In this document: piece after piece, positions 60,817-64,000 of the stretch
Position numbering within the stretch: the stretch's first letter is position 1
How the letters are laid out: every line of letters begins with the position of its first letter
Origin: an uncultured Desulfatitalea sp.
GTDB lineage: Bacteria; Desulfobacterota; Desulfobacteria; Desulfobacterales; Desulfosarcinaceae
Direction: 5' to 3'
Length of the DNA stretch: 64,000 bases
Assembly (NCBI GenBank): GCA_963668675.2
Contig: CAXXMB010000002.1
Span: 1,856,001 to 1,920,000 of the forward strand
Position numbers and translations under genes: made by a program
The notes under the pieces: model-generated
Database searches by the model: none
What the model saw: the letters and a program-made list of their open reading frames with translations, nothing else
Told to the model about the DNA's origin: nothing

Positions 60817-62064
60817 ATGTTTGATTATCTATTAACCGAGGAGCAGAAGGGGATTCAGAAAGAGGCTCGGGCGTTTGCAAAATGGATTCCCAAAGAGCTG
60901 ATTTTGGATATGGACACCGAGAAGATTCAATTCCCTCATGAATTTTTACGTGAGGCAGGGAAAAGGGGGTTGCTCGGTGTTCGATTTCCTAAAAAGTATG
61001 GCGGGCGAGAGCTCAGTTGGATCGATGAAGGCCTGATTAACCAGGAAATTTCTGGGGTCAGTCATTCTCTGAGTTGTTTGTGGGGCGTTGGTGCCGGCTT
61101 GGTGGCTGACGCGGTCGTGAATTTCGGCAGCGAAGAAATGAAGCAGGAGATAGTGGTGCCGATCGCAAAAGGGGAGCAGTATGCAGCTGAGTGTTTGACT
61201 GAACCCAGGGGAGGGTCAGATTTTTTCGGTTCGACGACAAGAGCCAGAAAAGATGGAGAGGACTGGATTTTGAATGGGCAAAAACGGTTTATTGTTGGAG
61301 CGGAAGGAGCAGACTGGTTTATGGTTTATGCGGTTACAGACCCGGATGCGCCGCCTCATTCAAGGCTATCGGCTTTTATGGTGCCGAGAACAGAAGGCGT
61401 CGAGACCAAATATATCTATGGCTTGATGGGAACAAGAGGCGGTGGTGCCGGTAGAGTTTTCTTCAACGATGTTCGTGTGCCGGAACGGTATGTTCTTAAC
61501 GGCATCAACAGGGGCTTTGAGGTGTTCATCCATATGATGGTGCCTGAAAGACTTGGGACTGCCAATTCGGCCATTGGCGCTGTTCGACCGGCCATTGAAA
61601 TCGCAACGAAATACACTTCCAGAAGAAAGGCTTTTGGTGTGCCAATCAAGGATTTTCAGGCCGTTGGTTTTAAAGTGGCTGATTGTGTGACGCTGCACGA
61701 TGCAGCAAATTCGCTGATTTATAATACGACTCTTGCGATTGAATCGGAAACCGTTCATCCAAACCGAATACGGAGAATGGTTTCTGAAGCTAAAAAATTT
61801 GCGACAGAGAGCAGTTGGGATATTATTAACCATTGTATGCAGGTATTAGGTGGAATTGGATACACAAATGTATATCCGATAGAAAGGATCCTGAGAGACA
61901 TCCGCCTAGCAATGATTTGGACTGGAACCAACGAGATTATGCAGCTGATCATTCAGAATGAGTGGTACAAAGAATACGAAAAGGTGATTTCAAAATCGGA
62001 TAGACGTGACATTGAAATGGATGCTGAAAATTCAGACCAGGACGATGAAAAAATCTACGAATGA
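60817..62064 (+). CDS. Acyl-CoA dehydrogenase
   Basis: LTEPRGGSD, LNGQKRFI, RKAFG, QVLGGIGY, IWTGTNEI. Confidence 0.95.
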   Translation: MFDYLLTEEQKGIQKEARAFAKWIPKELILDMDTEKIQFPHEFLREAGKRGLLGVRFPKKYGGRELSWIDEGLINQEISGVSHSLSCLWGVGAGLVADAVVNFGSEEMKQEIVVPIAKGEQYAAECLTEPRGGSDFFGSTTRARKDGEDWILNGQKRFIVGAEGADWFMVYAVTDPDAPPHSRLSAFMVPRTEGVETKYIYGLMGTRGGGAGRVFFNDVRVPERYVLNGINRGFEVFIHMMVPERLGTANSAIGAVRPAIEIATKYTSRRKAFGVPIKDFQAVGFKVADCVTLHDAANSLIYNTTLAIESETVHPNRIRRMVSEAKKFATESSWDIINHCMQVLGGIGYTNVYPIERILRDIRLAMIWTGTNEIMQLIIQNEWYKEYEKVISKSDRRDIEMDAENSDQDDEKIYE

Positions 62065-62249
62065 TAATAAGTAATTTTCGGTTAAGTTTTTGCATCAAGA
62101 TGTTGTAACATCACAATATTGAAAAAAGCAGATGGCGATGCCCATAGTTATCGACATGCTTCATTATTGAAAAATTTTGCATTACTGTCGGTTTATAGAC
62201 ATAGTGCGCCTTTCTGTGGGTTAGATTTTGTGGTTCCAATAAGTTTATA

Positions 62250-64000
62250 TCACTTCGCCGCCATCACTTTATCCAGTTCATCCATATCATACTGCAGATC
62301 CATTTCTTCAAACAGGGTCCGGGCCTTTTCAAGGTATTCTTCTGCAGTGATGTCGTTTAGTTCTTTGGTTTTGCTGTTGGGTTCAAGGAGCCGCTTACCG
62401 ACTTCATAATATGTTCGGGACAGCTCTATTTTTGCACCGAAGACTTCACCTTCTTTTATGCTTCTTTGCCACCATTTGAGGGCTTTTTTCTGTTTGTTGA
62501 TTAGCCAGTAGTATATTCCCATGAGCTTGAAAGATTCGATTCTCTTTAAAGCCACTTTTTTTCTGGTATACGATAATGTAGCCTTTCCGCTCCGTAATGT
62601 GGCTTTACCAAATTCCTTGATATTATCTGGTTTGTCAATCAGGATTGCCTTTTCCAGCATGGACAAATTGTATAAAAACATGCCCATTAAATGATCGCAG
62701 TACCAGTCGATAAACAAAGATTCTTTCCCAACCTGCCCTATGATTGTCTCGGCTTCCTGGATTGTTTCCCGCGCTCCATCCAGATTACCTGATAAAATCT
62801 CAATTCTTGTTTTGGTCCCTAAACATTCTACTACCCTGCCGTACCATTTTGTTTTATTGGCCTGTCTGATTGCTTGATCCGCATAGTTTTGCGCATCATA
62901 AATTTCCCTCTTTTTCATTGATATTTTCGCTTTTAATAAATACACATCGGATTCGGCATGCTCAAAATTATAATCCTCGTAGATGCGGTGCAGCTTCTCT
63001 ATAATTGTTTCGCAGCCCGTAAAATCCCCCACCTCAATTTTCCCATACGCTAAATACAGCATCTGGCCTGTCGCAAATAGAAAATCACCGGCTTTTAACG
63101 CTTCGTTAATTGAACCCTCATCAATCTCTCCCTGCCAGTTGCCGATATAACTATTACAAACCATTTCGGTATTTCTATAGACATAAAGCGCTATATCCCT
63201 CCTATTATTAGCAATACTCTTCCATGAATAATCCATAAATTTTCTGGCTATTCGCAAAGATATCCCGCTGAATATAAATATCGAGCCGCCTCCTGTTAGT
63301 CCGTTAAAATAGGCTTGAGATTTTGAAATGTCATATTTGAAAGCCTGTTTAAACGCATCAACATTTTCTACAAAACATCTCCTGGTATCAGTCATAGCAA
63401 GCGCATATCCGAATTTAACCGTTCTTTGCATGATCCGGTTTTCTGCTTCAGTCGGTATTTTCTTTCTTCGGATTGAAGGCAGATACAGATGTAATAGTAT
63501 TGAAGATAGGTTTATGATTAATTTGGGAATAACAAAAATCAACGTTCTGTTTATCTTTTCCCTCCGATGGATGGCAGATCTGTCAAAGTAATCGACAGCC
63601 TCTGTATAAAAACCTTTGTTCATAAAGGCATCGGCAATATTTTCCTCCATGCCCGCAAGCGTATTATTGTCGACATCATCTCCGTGTTTTCTGATATAGA
63701 GCTCTATCGCCCTCTGATAATAGTGAAGCGCCTCACTGGATGCAGACGACTTGAGGGCTTCCTCGCCGGCTTTGAGCATGTATTTTTCCGCTTTATCCCA
63801 ATTTTCGGCATTAATGTAATGGTAGGAGAGAATCCCATAAAATTCATGCAGTCGTTCTATAAAGATTTTCTCAATGGAGTCTGCGACATTAAGGTGAATC
63901 TCCTTTCGCTTCTGGTGCAAAATTGACTCATAGGCTGCTTCCTGGGCAAGAGCATGCTTGAAGAGATACTCCAGCTCCTCCAGCCGCTTTCGCTCACGAA
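62250..64000 (-). CDS. C-terminal part of a STAND-type AAA ATPase/TPR protein (5' end outside the window)
   Basis: Frame is open to the window edge: EYLFKHALAQEAAYESIL..RKEIH..LSYHY, followed by helical repeats. Confidence 0.8.
   Translation of the reverse strand, partial: RERKRLEELEYLFKHALAQEAAYESILHQKRKEIHLNVADSIEKIFIERLHEFYGILSYHYINAENWDKAEKYMLKAGEEALKSSASSEALHYYQRAIELYIRKHGDDVDNNTLAGMEENIADAFMNKGFYTEAVDYFDRSAIHRREKINRTLIFVIPKLIINLSSILLHLYLPSIRRKKIPTEAENRIMQRTVKFGYALAMTDTRRCFVENVDAFKQAFKYDISKSQAYFNGLTGGGSIFIFSGISLRIARKFMDYSWKSIANNRRDIALYVYRNTEMVCNSYIGNWQGEIDEGSINEALKAGDFLFATGQMLYLAYGKIEVGDFTGCETIIEKLHRIYEDYNFEHAESDVYLLKAKISMKKREIYDAQNYADQAIRQANKTKWYGRVVECLGTKTRIEILSGNLDGARETIQEAETIIGQVGKESLFIDWYCDHLMGMFLYNLSMLEKAILIDKPDNIKEFGKATLRSGKATLSYTRKKVALKRIESFKLMGIYYWLINKQKKALKWWQRSIKEGEVFGAKIELSRTYYEVGKRLLEPNSKTKELNDITAEEYLEKARTLFEEMDLQYDMDELDKVMAAK

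Overview
Bacterial chromosomal window, probably a sulfate-reducing Desulfobacterota (inferred from gene content: HdrB/HdrC-like, IorAB, FrhB-like, TAXI-TRAP, and the intergenic repeat types). No rRNA, tRNA or CRISPR array was recognised. (1) 55-17816: an 18 kb glycerol locus with glpR and a glpSTPQUV-type ABC importer on the + strand. A divergent operon on the - strand has glpA-glpB followed not by glpC but by a membrane cytochrome b/CxxCH/4x[4Fe-4S] protein and hdrB, then glpK, an Fe-alcohol dehydrogenase, a second short GlpA and an SdhB-like Fe-S protein. (2) 18-32 kb: mixed genes, including three deletion-collapsed pseudogenes. (3) 32.5-48 kb: an XRE-cupin regulator divergent from larA-frhB-like-iorAB-lutABC (a possible D/L-2-hydroxyacid to acyl-CoA pathway), then a liv-type ABC system and an M20 hydrolase. 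(4) 48-64 kb: a 160 bp duplicate of a radical SAM gene 3' end, a broken IS110 with a long 3' non-coding region inside a dispersed CCCGGTTCTCTATGAAG repeat family, and an AT-richer acyl-CoA catabolic block with IS remnants and a disrupted TetR. Product calls come from motifs read by eye; no database searches were run.
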